A stretch of DNA of 64,000 nucleotides from Candidatus Nomurabacteria bacterium (lineage in GTDB: Bacteria; Patescibacteriota; Minisyncoccia; Phycocordibacterales; UBA9973). A program made the translations under genes and the position numbers. This document shows, piece after piece, positions 16,927 through 26,180 of the stretch. Under the pieces are notes generated by a model that worked only from the letters and a program-made list of their open reading frames with translations, ran no database searches and was not told the origin of the DNA. The stretch lies in contig JAHFNS010000002.1 in the NCBI GenBank assembly GCA_023267215.1, forward strand, positions 256,892 through 320,891, read 5' to 3'. Positions within the stretch are counted from its first letter, which is position 1. Each line of letters starts with the position of its first letter.

Positions 16927-18957
16927 ATGTTATTAACTTCTTTTGTTATATCAATCTTTGCATTACTTTTCGCTGGTTATCTAGTTTTTTGGATAAAAAA
17001 ACAAGATATGGGCACAGCAAAAATGCAAGAAATTTATGAAGCCATCAAAAAAGGTGCAAATGCATTTTTGAAAAGACAATACAAAACGATAGGCATAATG
17101 GCCGTCGTCTTAGCACTCGTACTCTATGGAGCCTATGCTTTGAATGGTAAACCTGAGGCAGGTCTCCAAGTCGGAATCGCATTCCTACTCGGTGCATTTC
17201 TTTCTGGTTTGTCTGGACTCGTCGGTATGTGGATTTCTGTTCGGTCAAATATCAGAACAGCTTCTGCTGCTCAGACAAGTTTGAGTAAAGCTCTCACCAT
17301 AGCGCTTCGCGCTGGGGCAGTATCTGGTATCACCATCGTTGCTATGAGCTTGGTGGGTATTACTGGACTCTACTATATATATGGTGCACTAGGATATACA
17401 GCTGCAGAAATACCAGCATTGCTCGTCGGTTTCGGATTCGGAGCTAGTCTCGTCGCCTTGTTTGCTCAATTGGGTGGAGGGATCTACACAAAGGCAGCAG
17501 ATGTCGGAGCAGACCTCGTCGGTAAAGTTGAAGCAGGAATTCCAGAAGATGATGCTAGAAATCCAGCAGTCGTCGCAGACTTAGTCGGAGACAATGTCGG
17601 AGATTGTGCAGGACGTGGAGCAGATCTTTTCGAATCAACAGCAGCAGAAAATATCGGAGCTATGATATTGGGTGTTGCTCTTTTCCCTCACTTTGGAATC
17701 AACGGTATTATTTTCCCATTAGTTATTCGTGGCTTCGGATTACTCGCAGCGATGATAGGTGTCATGTCTGCAAAAGCAAAAGAAGATGAAGAGCCATTAA
17801 AGGCTTTAAATAGAGGATATTTTGTCACTTGTGCTTTAGCTACAGTCGCTTTCTACTTTATAACTATGGACATGCTTGGTAATGTACTATTCTTTTTCGC
17901 AGGCTTGGTTGGAATAGTCGCAAGTATCGCTTTCGTATTTATCACTCAATACTATACAGAACATAAATACAGACCAGTTCAGGAAATTGCAAATGCATCA
18001 AAGACCGGTCATGCTACAAACATAATCGCAGGACTTTCTGTCGGTTTTGAATGTACTGCTGCCACAGTCGTCACTATTTCATTTGCTTTACTTGCTTCCT
18101 TTGAATTAGGAAAGATGTCTGGTTTTGAATCAGGTGGACTTTATGGAACAGCTGTCGCTACTATGGGAATGCTCGCAACAGCCGCTTACGTTTTGGCTAT
18201 GGATACATTCGGACCAATTACAGATAACGCTGGAGGAATAGTTGAGATGTCTGGTGCTTCAGAAGAAGTCAGAAAGAGAACAGACCAACTCGACTCAGCA
18301 GGAAATACTACAAAGGCTTTGACGAAAGGATATGCCATGGGTAGTGCTGCTCTCGCTGCATTCTTGCTTTTCTCTGCATACTTACAAGAAGCCAAAATAA
18401 CAATTGTTGACTTGGCAAAAGTGGAGGTTTTCGTTGCAGCTTTGATCGGAGCAATGTTGGTTTTCTTTTTCTCAGGACTCACGATGCGAGCTGTCGGAAA
18501 GGCAGCTGGTAAAATTGTTGAAGAAGTTCGAAGACAATTTAAAGCTGATCCAGGACTTATGGCAGGAACAAGTAAGCCAGATTATGCAGCTTGTGTTGAT
18601 ATCACCACAAAGGCAGCTTTAAGAGAAATGATCGCCCCAGGATTACTAGCAGTACTCGTACCTATCTTGGTCGGAGTATTTATGAAAGCAGAGGCAGAAG
18701 CAGGACTCATCATGGTGGGAACTATTGCTGGTATTCTTCTAGCTACATTTATGAACAACGCTGGTGGCGCTTGGGATAATGCTAAGAAATATATTGAAAT
18801 GGGTAATCTAGGTGGTAAAGGTAGCGATGCTCACAAGGCAGCTGTCACAGGAGACACAGTCGGTGATCCATTTAAAGATACAGCAGGTCCATCACTACAC
18901 GTGTTGGTAAAATTACTTGGTACATTGTCGCTAGCATTAGTGGCTTTGTTTATGTAA
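16927..18957 (+). CDS. hppA: Membrane-bound H+(or Na+)-translocating pyrophosphatase
   Basis: GDNVGDCAGRGADLFES and DTVGDPFKDTAGPSL signature motifs, with about 15 TM helices. Confidence 0.9.
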   Translation: MLLTSFVISIFALLFAGYLVFWIKKQDMGTAKMQEIYEAIKKGANAFLKRQYKTIGIMAVVLALVLYGAYALNGKPEAGLQVGIAFLLGAFLSGLSGLVGMWISVRSNIRTASAAQTSLSKALTIALRAGAVSGITIVAMSLVGITGLYYIYGALGYTAAEIPALLVGFGFGASLVALFAQLGGGIYTKAADVGADLVGKVEAGIPEDDARNPAVVADLVGDNVGDCAGRGADLFESTAAENIGAMILGVALFPHFGINGIIFPLVIRGFGLLAAMIGVMSAKAKEDEEPLKALNRGYFVTCALATVAFYFITMDMLGNVLFFFAGLVGIVASIAFVFITQYYTEHKYRPVQEIANASKTGHATNIIAGLSVGFECTAATVVTISFALLASFELGKMSGFESGGLYGTAVATMGMLATAAYVLAMDTFGPITDNAGGIVEMSGASEEVRKRTDQLDSAGNTTKALTKGYAMGSAALAAFLLFSAYLQEAKITIVDLAKVEVFVAALIGAMLVFFFSGLTMRAVGKAAGKIVEEVRRQFKADPGLMAGTSKPDYAACVDITTKAALREMIAPGLLAVLVPILVGVFMKAEAEAGLIMVGTIAGILLATFMNNAGGAWDNAKKYIEMGNLGGKGSDAHKAAVTGDTVGDPFKDTAGPSLHVLVKLLGTLSLALVALFM

Positions 18958-18983
18958 AAAATTAAATATAAATAAGCAAATTA

Positions 18984-19010
18984 AAAAATCCCCGAAATTC
19001 GGGGATTTTT
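18984..19010. terminator. Bidirectional intrinsic terminator (AAAAATCCCCGAA..TTCGGGGATTTTTT) shared by hppA and nusA
   Basis: GC stem flanked by A and T runs. Confidence 0.6.
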
Positions 19011-19025
19011 TAATTAAATATTTTT

Positions 19026-20222
19026 TTATTCTTTCACTTCCACATCTTCTCCATCAGTGGAAGCGACTTCTTTGCCCTGGTCGCCTTCGGCGCCGCCAGA
19101 GGCGGGTAAACCGTCACCTTTTATATCTATTCTCCATCCAGTGAGCTTGGCAGCGAGACGGACATTTTGTCCGCCCTTACCTATAGCTAGGGAGAGTTGA
19201 TCGTTGGCGACTTCGATGACAGCTTTATGTTCTTGTTCATTTACTTCAATGGACAAGACTTTTGCTGGAGAAAGGGAATTGGAAATAAATTGTTTTGGAT
19301 CTGTTGACCACGGAATAATATCGATTTTTTCTCCTAGAAGTTCTTGAGTAATTGTATTCACTCTGGTACCTTTTTGCCCGACGCAAGATCCTACTGGGTC
19401 TATATGTTCGTCGTTTGAAAAGACAGCTATCTTTGAACGAGCCCCTGCTTCACGAGCAATGGATTTTATTTCTACTGTGCCATTTTCTATTTCTGGAGCT
19501 TCTATCTCGAAAAGTTTTTGAATAAATTTAGGATGAGTGCGAGAAAGGCGGAGGTTGATTCCTCTTTGGGTATCTTCAACAGAGTATAGATAAGCTCGAA
19601 TACGTTGTCCTCTTTGTAAAAATTCTCCTGGGATTTGTTCTTCAACTGGCAATATTCCTGTAGCTCGATTGAAATCAACATAGACATTTCCTCTTTCTAT
19701 TTTTTGTACGATTCCCGTAACAATTTCTCCTTCTTTAGTGCCATATTCATCTATAATAGAAGTTCTTTCTGCTTCTCGGATTTTTTGAATAATGACTTGT
19801 TTGGCTGTTTGAGCAGCGATTCTTCCATAATCATCTTTAGGTTCAAGAGGGAAGACGACTTCATCATTGAGCTCTACATCTTTTTTTATTTTTTTTGCAT
19901 CTTCGAGCATGATGTGATGTTCAGAATTAAAACGTACACGTTCGTCATTTTCATCTTTTATCGAATACTCTCCTTCCTCGTTTTCTCCTTTTTCTTCAAT
20001 CTTAGAGATAGTTTCATCAACGACAATTTTGATTTGAAAAAAATCTGTTTTACCACTTTCCAAATCAAACTTAGCACGGATGATTTGTCCTTTCTTGCCG
20101 TAGTCTTTTTTATAAGCGGCTGCCATGGCTTGCTCGATGGCATCGATTATTTTTTCTTTTGGAATCTTTTTTTCTTCTTCTAATTGCTCGAGCGCACTCC
20201 TGAATGTTTTTATGTCTAACAT
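19026..20222 (-). CDS. nusA: Transcription termination/antitermination factor NusA
   Basis: N-terminal domain, S1 domain and two KH domains (GKGGQNVRLAAKLTGWRIDI). Confidence 0.9.
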   Translation of the reverse strand: MLDIKTFRSALEQLEEEKKIPKEKIIDAIEQAMAAAYKKDYGKKGQIIRAKFDLESGKTDFFQIKIVVDETISKIEEKGENEEGEYSIKDENDERVRFNSEHHIMLEDAKKIKKDVELNDEVVFPLEPKDDYGRIAAQTAKQVIIQKIREAERTSIIDEYGTKEGEIVTGIVQKIERGNVYVDFNRATGILPVEEQIPGEFLQRGQRIRAYLYSVEDTQRGINLRLSRTHPKFIQKLFEIEAPEIENGTVEIKSIAREAGARSKIAVFSNDEHIDPVGSCVGQKGTRVNTITQELLGEKIDIIPWSTDPKQFISNSLSPAKVLSIEVNEQEHKAVIEVANDQLSLAIGKGGQNVRLAAKLTGWRIDIKGDGLPASGGAEGDQGKEVASTDGEDVEVKE

Positions 20223-20353
20223 AAATTAGGTTTTAGGTTCTAGTTGTTAGGTTTTGATTAACAATAAGGCCTATTTATTAAGTTTTTCTAAAAAATAAAA
20301 GCCCTGTTTCGACAGGACTTGTACATATATAAAGATAGCACAATTCCCCAGAA

Positions 20354-20881
20354 ATGCAACTTTTTGATATACTTAAACGGCATATGAAAATCACTGAGAA
20401 AAATACAATGTATGAGGGGAATGAATATATTTGTGAATACGAAGACGTAGATTCTTTTGATAATCTGGATTACTCTTTTTGCAAACAAACTTATGCAGTT
20501 TGTTTATGTGACGGAAAGATGGTGATAGCATATAGAGGAAAAAAGAAAAAATGGGGGCTTATAGGAGGACATATTGAAAAAGGAGAAACTTTTGAACAAA
20601 CATTAAAGAGAGAAATAAAAGAAGAATCAAATATGGAAGTTTTAAAATTTCTTCCAGTTGGATATCAGAAAGCCACGGATACGAGGGACAATAGTTTCGT
20701 TTATCAACTACGTTATGTATGCATTGTTCGTCCGTATGGGCCATTTGTTTCTGACCCTGATGGTTCTATTGTTGAAATTAAATTAATTGATCCGAAAGAT
20801 TATAAAAAATATTTTGATTGGGGAAAAATCGCAGACAGAATAATAGAACGAGCTTTGGAACTAAAAGATAAATTAAAATAA
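20354..20881 (+). CDS. NUDIX hydrolase
   Basis: Nudix box GGHIEKGETFEQTLKREIKEESN. Confidence 0.65.
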   Translation: MQLFDILKRHMKITEKNTMYEGNEYICEYEDVDSFDNLDYSFCKQTYAVCLCDGKMVIAYRGKKKKWGLIGGHIEKGETFEQTLKREIKEESNMEVLKFLPVGYQKATDTRDNSFVYQLRYVCIVRPYGPFVSDPDGSIVEIKLIDPKDYKKYFDWGKIADRIIERALELKDKLK

Positions 20882-21053
20882 ATTTATTTGCTATACTAAA
20901 AATATGTCAGCATATTTTATTAAACACGCCGATGATAAAACTGTTTTACCCTCCAAAGAATTATTAAGTGCAGTGTTTTTATTGGCTATCTAATTTACTC
21001 TTTTTACTTTACCTCTTTCGGGAGATTTTTTGTTATACTTAGTTGTATAGATT

Positions 21054-21953
21054 ATGCCAAAGTTTAGACCTAAAATATCACGTTATGCAAATTTGTATTT
21101 TTTCATTCAAAATTTATCTGAATGGCATTTCTCAAATCGTAAAAAACATAATAAAGAATGGCGTAATGAGTTAGCTTTTTCTGAAAAGGTTGAACTTTGT
21201 TTACAAGAATTTAAAGAGATACATAAAAAATATTCATTTGGTGATGAATATCTTGGACGACCATTTTTTCTTTACGATAATCCATGGTCTATGATAAAAA
21301 CAATTGTTGGCGAAGATGATTATGTTAAAATAAAAAATATTTTTTCAACACTTGAGCCATATTTTAATACTCTTTATATAAAGGATGAAATAATTTTAAA
21401 AAAGTGGGCGATACTCATTTCAGAACCAGAATTTTTGGAAAAGGCTTCTTTTATAAATGAAACCCTTGCGAGTTTTTATGGATGTTCTCTATATAATGAA
21501 GATTGTACAATATATCTATTATTATCTACAAAAGAAAAAAATGGTGGAACATCGGGAACTATAAATGATCATTCTGTCACTCTTGAATTGAGCCAGATAT
21601 CTCTGGAATCAAAAGGACAAGTACTCAAAGTATTATGGCATGAATTGATTCATCTATATTTTAGAAATAACACATTTTATCCTCTTTTGGAAAAGTATAC
21701 AGATAACAACTTAGAAGCTATGGGTAAAATTGACGAGCTCATCGCCTCTTCACTTCTTCCGAATGGTTTATTAAAAGAAAATACAATAACCTTGGTTAAT
21801 GAATCAAAAACCCCTGAAACTTTTAACGCTCGCATTATCTCAGATAAGATTATATTCATTCAAAAATTAATTTATCCATATTTGAAAGAAAAAAGGACTG
21901 TTGATGCGAAACTTGTAGAAAAACTTTGTGTGATATATGGTTACAATAAATAA
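21054..21953 (+). CDS. Hypothetical protein with an HExxH motif (possible metallopeptidase)
   Basis: WHELIHLYF; no other recognisable domain. Confidence 0.35.
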   Translation: MPKFRPKISRYANLYFFIQNLSEWHFSNRKKHNKEWRNELAFSEKVELCLQEFKEIHKKYSFGDEYLGRPFFLYDNPWSMIKTIVGEDDYVKIKNIFSTLEPYFNTLYIKDEIILKKWAILISEPEFLEKASFINETLASFYGCSLYNEDCTIYLLLSTKEKNGGTSGTINDHSVTLELSQISLESKGQVLKVLWHELIHLYFRNNTFYPLLEKYTDNNLEAMGKIDELIASSLLPNGLLKENTITLVNESKTPETFNARIISDKIIFIQKLIYPYLKEKRTVDAKLVEKLCVIYGYNK

Positions 21954-21993
21954 AAAGAGATGGTAATAAATTACCATCTCTGGACCAGCATTA

Positions 21994-22143
21994 TTAATCA
22001 CTTGGTCCGTCACTATGTCCATTATCCCAATCGTCCCAATCTCCAAATTTAGCAGAACATTCGGTATTGGAAGAGCTATTACTACACTCGCTCATTCGAG
22101 ATAAAGCACCTGCGATTGCTTCTTGGCCTATGTCTTTTTCCAT
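21994..22143 (-). CDS. Candidate 49-aa Cys-containing precursor peptide (MEKDIGQEAIAGALSRMSECSNSSSNTECSAKFGDWDDWDNGHSDGPSD), not in the ORF track
   Basis: A consensus AGGAGG lies 8-9 nt upstream of the ATG at 22141-22143. It sits 37 nt downstream of the radical-SAM/SPASM gene on the same strand. The two Cys lie in a Ser/Asn-rich core. Confidence 0.4.
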   Translation of the reverse strand: MEKDIGQEAIAGALSRMSECSNSSSNTECSAKFGDWDDWDNGHSDGPSD

Positions 22144-22180
22144 AGGATGTTTCCTCCTGTGTTGTTTTTGATGAGGTTAA

Positions 22181-23275
22181 TTATGGTGTTGCACTATTTA
22201 CATATGATGATAAATAGTCAAACACCTCCTTCCTTGATTTACAGAAAAAATATTTTCCATTTATATCTCCAACTCTCTGAGCAGTACAACCGTTGTTGCA
22301 TGCATTCTTCTGTTCACATGAAATACAGTCATCTGGTAATTCACGGCTTTTACATATAAAATTTTGCCATTTTTTATCGTGGAAAATTTCTTGCAGAGTC
22401 TGTTTTGTTAAAGTTCCAAAACAAAAATTGCTATCTCCCGACAAACGATCACATGGATATATAGAACCATCATAATTAACAGTATAAAATGTATGACATG
22501 AACCATTAAATGAACAAGTACTTGCACGTTTTTCATACAGACCTGCCAGATAATTATCTATCTCTCTAATACGTAAAGAGTTATCGTTTTTTTTAATCCA
22601 CAGATCAATGTATTTTTTAAAAATCTGAGTGAGCATATCATTAGACAAGCTTTGTCCGCTCATGTGCTTGTTAGATTCTAAAATATCAAGATATGGATTA
22701 ATACCAAAACTATTTAGACCCATATCATCAACGAAGAACTTGAAATCTTCTTCTATACGACAGATATTTGTTTGTGTGATAGTCTGTATCACACTTAATT
22801 TTATGCCATACTTACGAAGTATTTTTATGCCACGTAATGTATTATCAAATGTTCCGTTTCCATTGTGAGTTATGCGGAATTGATTATGACTTTTTGCACT
22901 GCCATCTAAACTTATTCCAACCCTAAAATCATTTTCTTTTAAAAAAGCTGCCCATTTATCCGTAATTAATGTTCCATTAGTTTGTATAGAATTACGAATA
23001 GCTCTATTGGGAGCAATTATTAATTTTTGCAGACGGATTACTTCTTGGAAGAAGTCTAGTCCAGCCAAAATAGGTTCTCCTCCGTGCCATATAAAGGACA
23101 GATTACCGTTTACGATTTTTGTGTGTTGTCTTATAAATGATTCAAGTATTTTTAAATTCATCTTTTTTGGAGATGTTTGATTAAGATGATGGTAAAAACA
23201 ATAGCCACAATTATTATTACAATAATCACCCACAACTTTAATAATTGGGGTAAGGTATAGATTATCAGTTTCCAT
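22181..23275 (-). CDS. Radical SAM / SPASM-domain enzyme (anSME/peptide-maturase type)
   Basis: CNNNCGYC (CxxxCxxC) cluster, a GGEP motif, and C-terminal SPASM cysteines (C..C...YDGSIYPCD; CISCEQKNACNNGC). Confidence 0.8.
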   Translation of the reverse strand: METDNLYLTPIIKVVGDYCNNNCGYCFYHHLNQTSPKKMNLKILESFIRQHTKIVNGNLSFIWHGGEPILAGLDFFQEVIRLQKLIIAPNRAIRNSIQTNGTLITDKWAAFLKENDFRVGISLDGSAKSHNQFRITHNGNGTFDNTLRGIKILRKYGIKLSVIQTITQTNICRIEEDFKFFVDDMGLNSFGINPYLDILESNKHMSGQSLSNDMLTQIFKKYIDLWIKKNDNSLRIREIDNYLAGLYEKRASTCSFNGSCHTFYTVNYDGSIYPCDRLSGDSNFCFGTLTKQTLQEIFHDKKWQNFICKSRELPDDCISCEQKNACNNGCTAQRVGDINGKYFFCKSRKEVFDYLSSYVNSATP

Positions 23276-23354
23276 TTTATGCTTCCTTCTTTTTAATTTT
23301 CAAATAATGTTTATTTTAGTATACCAAATATAAGGTTATTTGTCCATAGGAACG

Positions 23355-23400
23355 TAGCTAAAATGCCAAAAAAGCTAGTGTTTACGTGGACTTATCCACA
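23355..23400. repeat. ~46-bp repeat AGCTAAAATGCCAAAAAAGCTAGTGTTTACGTGGACTTATCCACA (second copy at 27270-27316)
   Basis: Near-identical copies upstream of the rSAM gene and upstream of the 1591-aa gene. It ends in the DnaA-box-like 9-mer TTATCCACA. Confidence 0.5.
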
Positions 23401-23524
23401 ATTTTTTATGAGGTAAAAATTATAGAGTATTTGTTCTTGTTTTTTTTGTTTGATTTGATATACTAAAAATACAAATGGACGTAAGTCCTCCGAGAAATCC
23501 CGTCGTAAGACGGGATTTCGCTTT

Positions 23525-23911
23525 TTATGGGAGAAATTCTTTTATTTTAAAAGCTATATCTTTAAATTCATTTTCTGAAATATTTTCTATTTTTCGAAGT
23601 AAGCGTTTTGCACTTATTAATCTTATTTGAGAAAGAATCACAAAACTCCCACTAGTTTTTAGTTTATGATGGTATAAATTATTTTTTATCACAGAAGTTA
23701 GAGGTACTATTACAGCGATATCTCTATTGAATTTTTTTAAAATTAAAACTGGTCTTTCAAAATTCTCATTTTTCCCATCTTGTTCATATCCAATATTTAC
23801 ACCTAAAGAACACCACCAGATTTCTCGTTCGTGAAAATAGAATTTTTTTGGTTTCTCTAAAGAATTTGTATTCTTTTTTATTTCGTTCCACTTATCAAAA
23901 TCTTTTTGCAT
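23525..23911 (-). CDS. PemK/MazF-like toxin-fold protein; no cognate antitoxin ORF seen
   Basis: REIWWCSLGVNIGYEQDGKNENFERPVLIL resembles the MazF/PemK signature (IWWVDLGP..G.EQ.G.RP.LVIS). Confidence 0.5.
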   Translation of the reverse strand: MQKDFDKWNEIKKNTNSLEKPKKFYFHEREIWWCSLGVNIGYEQDGKNENFERPVLILKKFNRDIAVIVPLTSVIKNNLYHHKLKTSGSFVILSQIRLISAKRLLRKIENISENEFKDIAFKIKEFLP

Positions 23912-24104
23912 ATAAAAATTATATCATAATTTAAATAAATTTTTCCCCATAAATTAGTAAGAGCCGTCATATGATAAATCACAGACGGCTCTATTTTACT
24001 ACCTCAGAACTTACACACATTTTTTATTCCAAAAAAAATTTTAAAAAATTATTAACTAAAAAACAAATTTTTTTATCCTAACAAGACATCTTGCTAGTCT
24101 GTTG

Positions 24105-25028
24105 CTATTTAATCAGCAACATTTTTTTGGTTTCTACTACTACAGATCCTGCTTGGAGTCTGTAGAGGTACATTCCACTTGGTAAATTTGAAGCATTAAA
24201 TGCAACTTCATAATTACCAATTGGTTTGAATTCGTTAACTAATGTTGCAATTTCTTTTCCCAACATATCGTACACCTTAAGTGATACGAATTGCGAGTTA
24301 GGAACAGAAAATTGAATCTTTGTTGCAGGGTTGAATGGGTTAGGATAATTCTGTGACAATTCAAATTTGGAAGGGATATTATTTCCTTCAATTTTTGTTA
24401 TCGACATATTATCAATCACAGTTTTTTTGCCCAAAGAGATGATACTTAAATCATCAAAATCGATTGCGTACATTACATACGTACCTGTTTCAAGGGATAT
24501 ACCCCAAACTTCAATGTAAACTTTATTGAAATTTGGCAATCTCTTTTTGGTGTCCGTCATGTCAATTTTAATCTCCTGCCATTCATTACCTACAGCAGGA
24601 TTTTTGATTGTGATTTGACAGTACGGAGATGAAACATAATGATTGTTGTATTGCAAAGCTATTCTGATCGTTAACTCAGATAGCCCACTTGCACCAGATA
24701 TCCTAGAGAGGAAACTAACAAAATCTGGTGTTTCAAGGTATCCTCCATTTAAACTGAATGTGGATGCCTTAGAAAAATCTTTCGGGTAATTATTTTGTAT
24801 GGAACTTTCGTTCCCTTTTAATGTGGTTTTTCCCTCTCCCACAAATGTTACAAAACCACTACCCAAGACAGACTTTGTGATAAATACGGGGTTTCCGTAA
24901 ATATCATACTCATTCGAGAAACTTCCCCAGCCATTCGCATCAGCTGGGTCAACTCTAATGGTTTGCTGAGCTGTTACCAACCCAACAAAAATTAAAACTA
25001 AAAACAGTGTGTTAAGTAACGTTTTCAT
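24105..25028 (-). CDS. Secreted protein with a T9SS-type C-terminal sorting domain (Por_Secre_tail-like)
   Basis: Signal peptide MKTLLNTLFLVLIFVGLVTAQ. The C-terminus LSQNYPNPFNPATKIQFSVP..LKVYDMLGKEIATLVNE..SGMYLYRLQAG matches the TIGR04183-type CTD pattern. Confidence 0.7.
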   Translation of the reverse strand: MKTLLNTLFLVLIFVGLVTAQQTIRVDPADANGWGSFSNEYDIYGNPVFITKSVLGSGFVTFVGEGKTTLKGNESSIQNNYPKDFSKASTFSLNGGYLETPDFVSFLSRISGASGLSELTIRIALQYNNHYVSSPYCQITIKNPAVGNEWQEIKIDMTDTKKRLPNFNKVYIEVWGISLETGTYVMYAIDFDDLSIISLGKKTVIDNMSITKIEGNNIPSKFELSQNYPNPFNPATKIQFSVPNSQFVSLKVYDMLGKEIATLVNEFKPIGNYEVAFNASNLPSGMYLYRLQAGSVVVETKKMLLIK

Positions 25029-25215
25029 AACGCTCCTTTTATTTTTTTTATAAATTAAATTGATTACAAAAAAACGGAATATTTTTTCTGTACTTTTGTA
25101 ACCAATTTAAATGTTTGTCAAAGAAATTCTCTATTAATTAGAGAACATATTTAAACCTATGTAAAGCATAGCATAGTTTGGGGCTTTTGTCAATGTCAAG
25201 GAGGTTAAATTCATT
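24965..25215. repeat. ~250-bp duplicated block (promoter region plus 5' coding region for the signal peptide), paralogous to 27032-27270
   Basis: Near-identical nucleotide sequence in both copies. It includes a candidate minus-strand promoter, TTGACA (25193..25188), 17-nt spacer, TATGCT (25170..25165). Confidence 0.65.
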
Positions 25216-25273
25216 AAAAACCCTTATATTTTGGTGAGTTATCCACAAGATTTTTTTAAATACATTTTTAAAC

Positions 25274-25350
25274 TTGACTTTTTGGATATGACTAGAGTAT
25301 AATATGAGGACTAAACGTGAAGGGCATCCTATATGGGTGCCTTTTTCTTT
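25274..25350 (+). promoter_or_regulatory. Orphan promoter (TTGACT-N18-TATAAT, 25274-25303) followed ~20 nt later by an intrinsic terminator (25322-25347); a possible very short ncRNA
   Basis: Near-consensus hexamers, then the hairpin GGGCATCC-TATAT-GGGTGCC plus TTTTT. There is no downstream plus-strand ORF. Confidence 0.3.
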
Positions 25351-25367
25351 TAGAGATATTGTTTATT

Positions 25368-26000
25368 TTATTTCATTTTTAATAATTCTCTTAAATATTC
25401 AAAATCTCTAAAATTGCTTCCAGCAAATTGTTTTATTTCTTTTGCTGTTCGTTCACTTCTACTTAATATGATTATTTCTTTTTTATTTTCCTTCAAATAT
25501 TTTAATACAGGTAAAAAATCTCCATCCCCAGACAAAATAATAGCTTTATCAAAATTATCTTTTTCTTTCATTAAATGAAATGCCATATCAACATCACAAT
25601 TTGCTTTTCGTTTTGTTGTACCATCTTCCTGCTCATACATTTTTATTGGTTTTAAATATAAAGAGTATCCAAATTTTAGAAGTTTTAGATAAAAACGTAT
25701 TCTTTGTAAATGTTTACCAATAAGAAATATTTGAGCTTCATTTAAATGTTTAGTTTTGTCTTTTATTAAACTTACTAAATAAGTTTCCAATTTATTTATT
25801 GGAACTGTCTCTTCTTTTTGATAATCATATTGGAAATTATATATTTCAACTCCTCCAAAATAAAAAATAGGACCTACATTATATTTATTTTTTAAATAAT
25901 TAAATAATTTTTCATAATCAATTTTCCAACCAAGAGATTTTTCTCCACCATAAAAAAGATTTGAGGCGTCAATAAAAGCAAAATTATTTTTTCTTTCCAT
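25368..26000 (-). CDS. NYN/LabA-like (DUF88) domain protein
   Basis: FIDASNLFYGG N-terminal motif and AIILSGDGDFLP motif. Confidence 0.6.
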   Translation of the reverse strand: MERKNNFAFIDASNLFYGGEKSLGWKIDYEKLFNYLKNKYNVGPIFYFGGVEIYNFQYDYQKEETVPINKLETYLVSLIKDKTKHLNEAQIFLIGKHLQRIRFYLKLLKFGYSLYLKPIKMYEQEDGTTKRKANCDVDMAFHLMKEKDNFDKAIILSGDGDFLPVLKYLKENKKEIIILSRSERTAKEIKQFAGSNFRDFEYLRELLKMK

Positions 26001-26180
26001 TGATATATTTTATCATAATTTAAATAAAATACCCCTTAAATTAAAAAGAACCTGATGATTAAAAAAAATCATCAGGCTCAAATTATTACTTCAGAACTTA
26101 AAACCATTTTAAAACTCCGAGATTACTCAAAATGAACAATTAATTTTTATTCTAATCAGAATCATCTGGCTAGTCTGTTG

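Noticed and set aside
19635-20183. 182-aa plus-strand ORF, plus other antisense ORFs inside rny, tig, hppA, pnp and the giant surface gene (e.g. 11839-12081, 12208-12576, 15268-15609, 17045-17248, 29737-29946)
   Set aside because: Each lies entirely within a well-supported gene on the opposite strand, has low-complexity or Phe/Ser-rich composition typical of antisense frames in AT-rich DNA, and has no RBS.
22123-22359. 78-aa plus-strand ORF overlapping the rSAM gene end and the small peptide start
   Set aside because: It overlaps the 3' end of the well-supported radical-SAM gene and has no RBS. The minus-strand 49-aa ORF at the same place has a perfect AGGAGG and a sensible genomic context.
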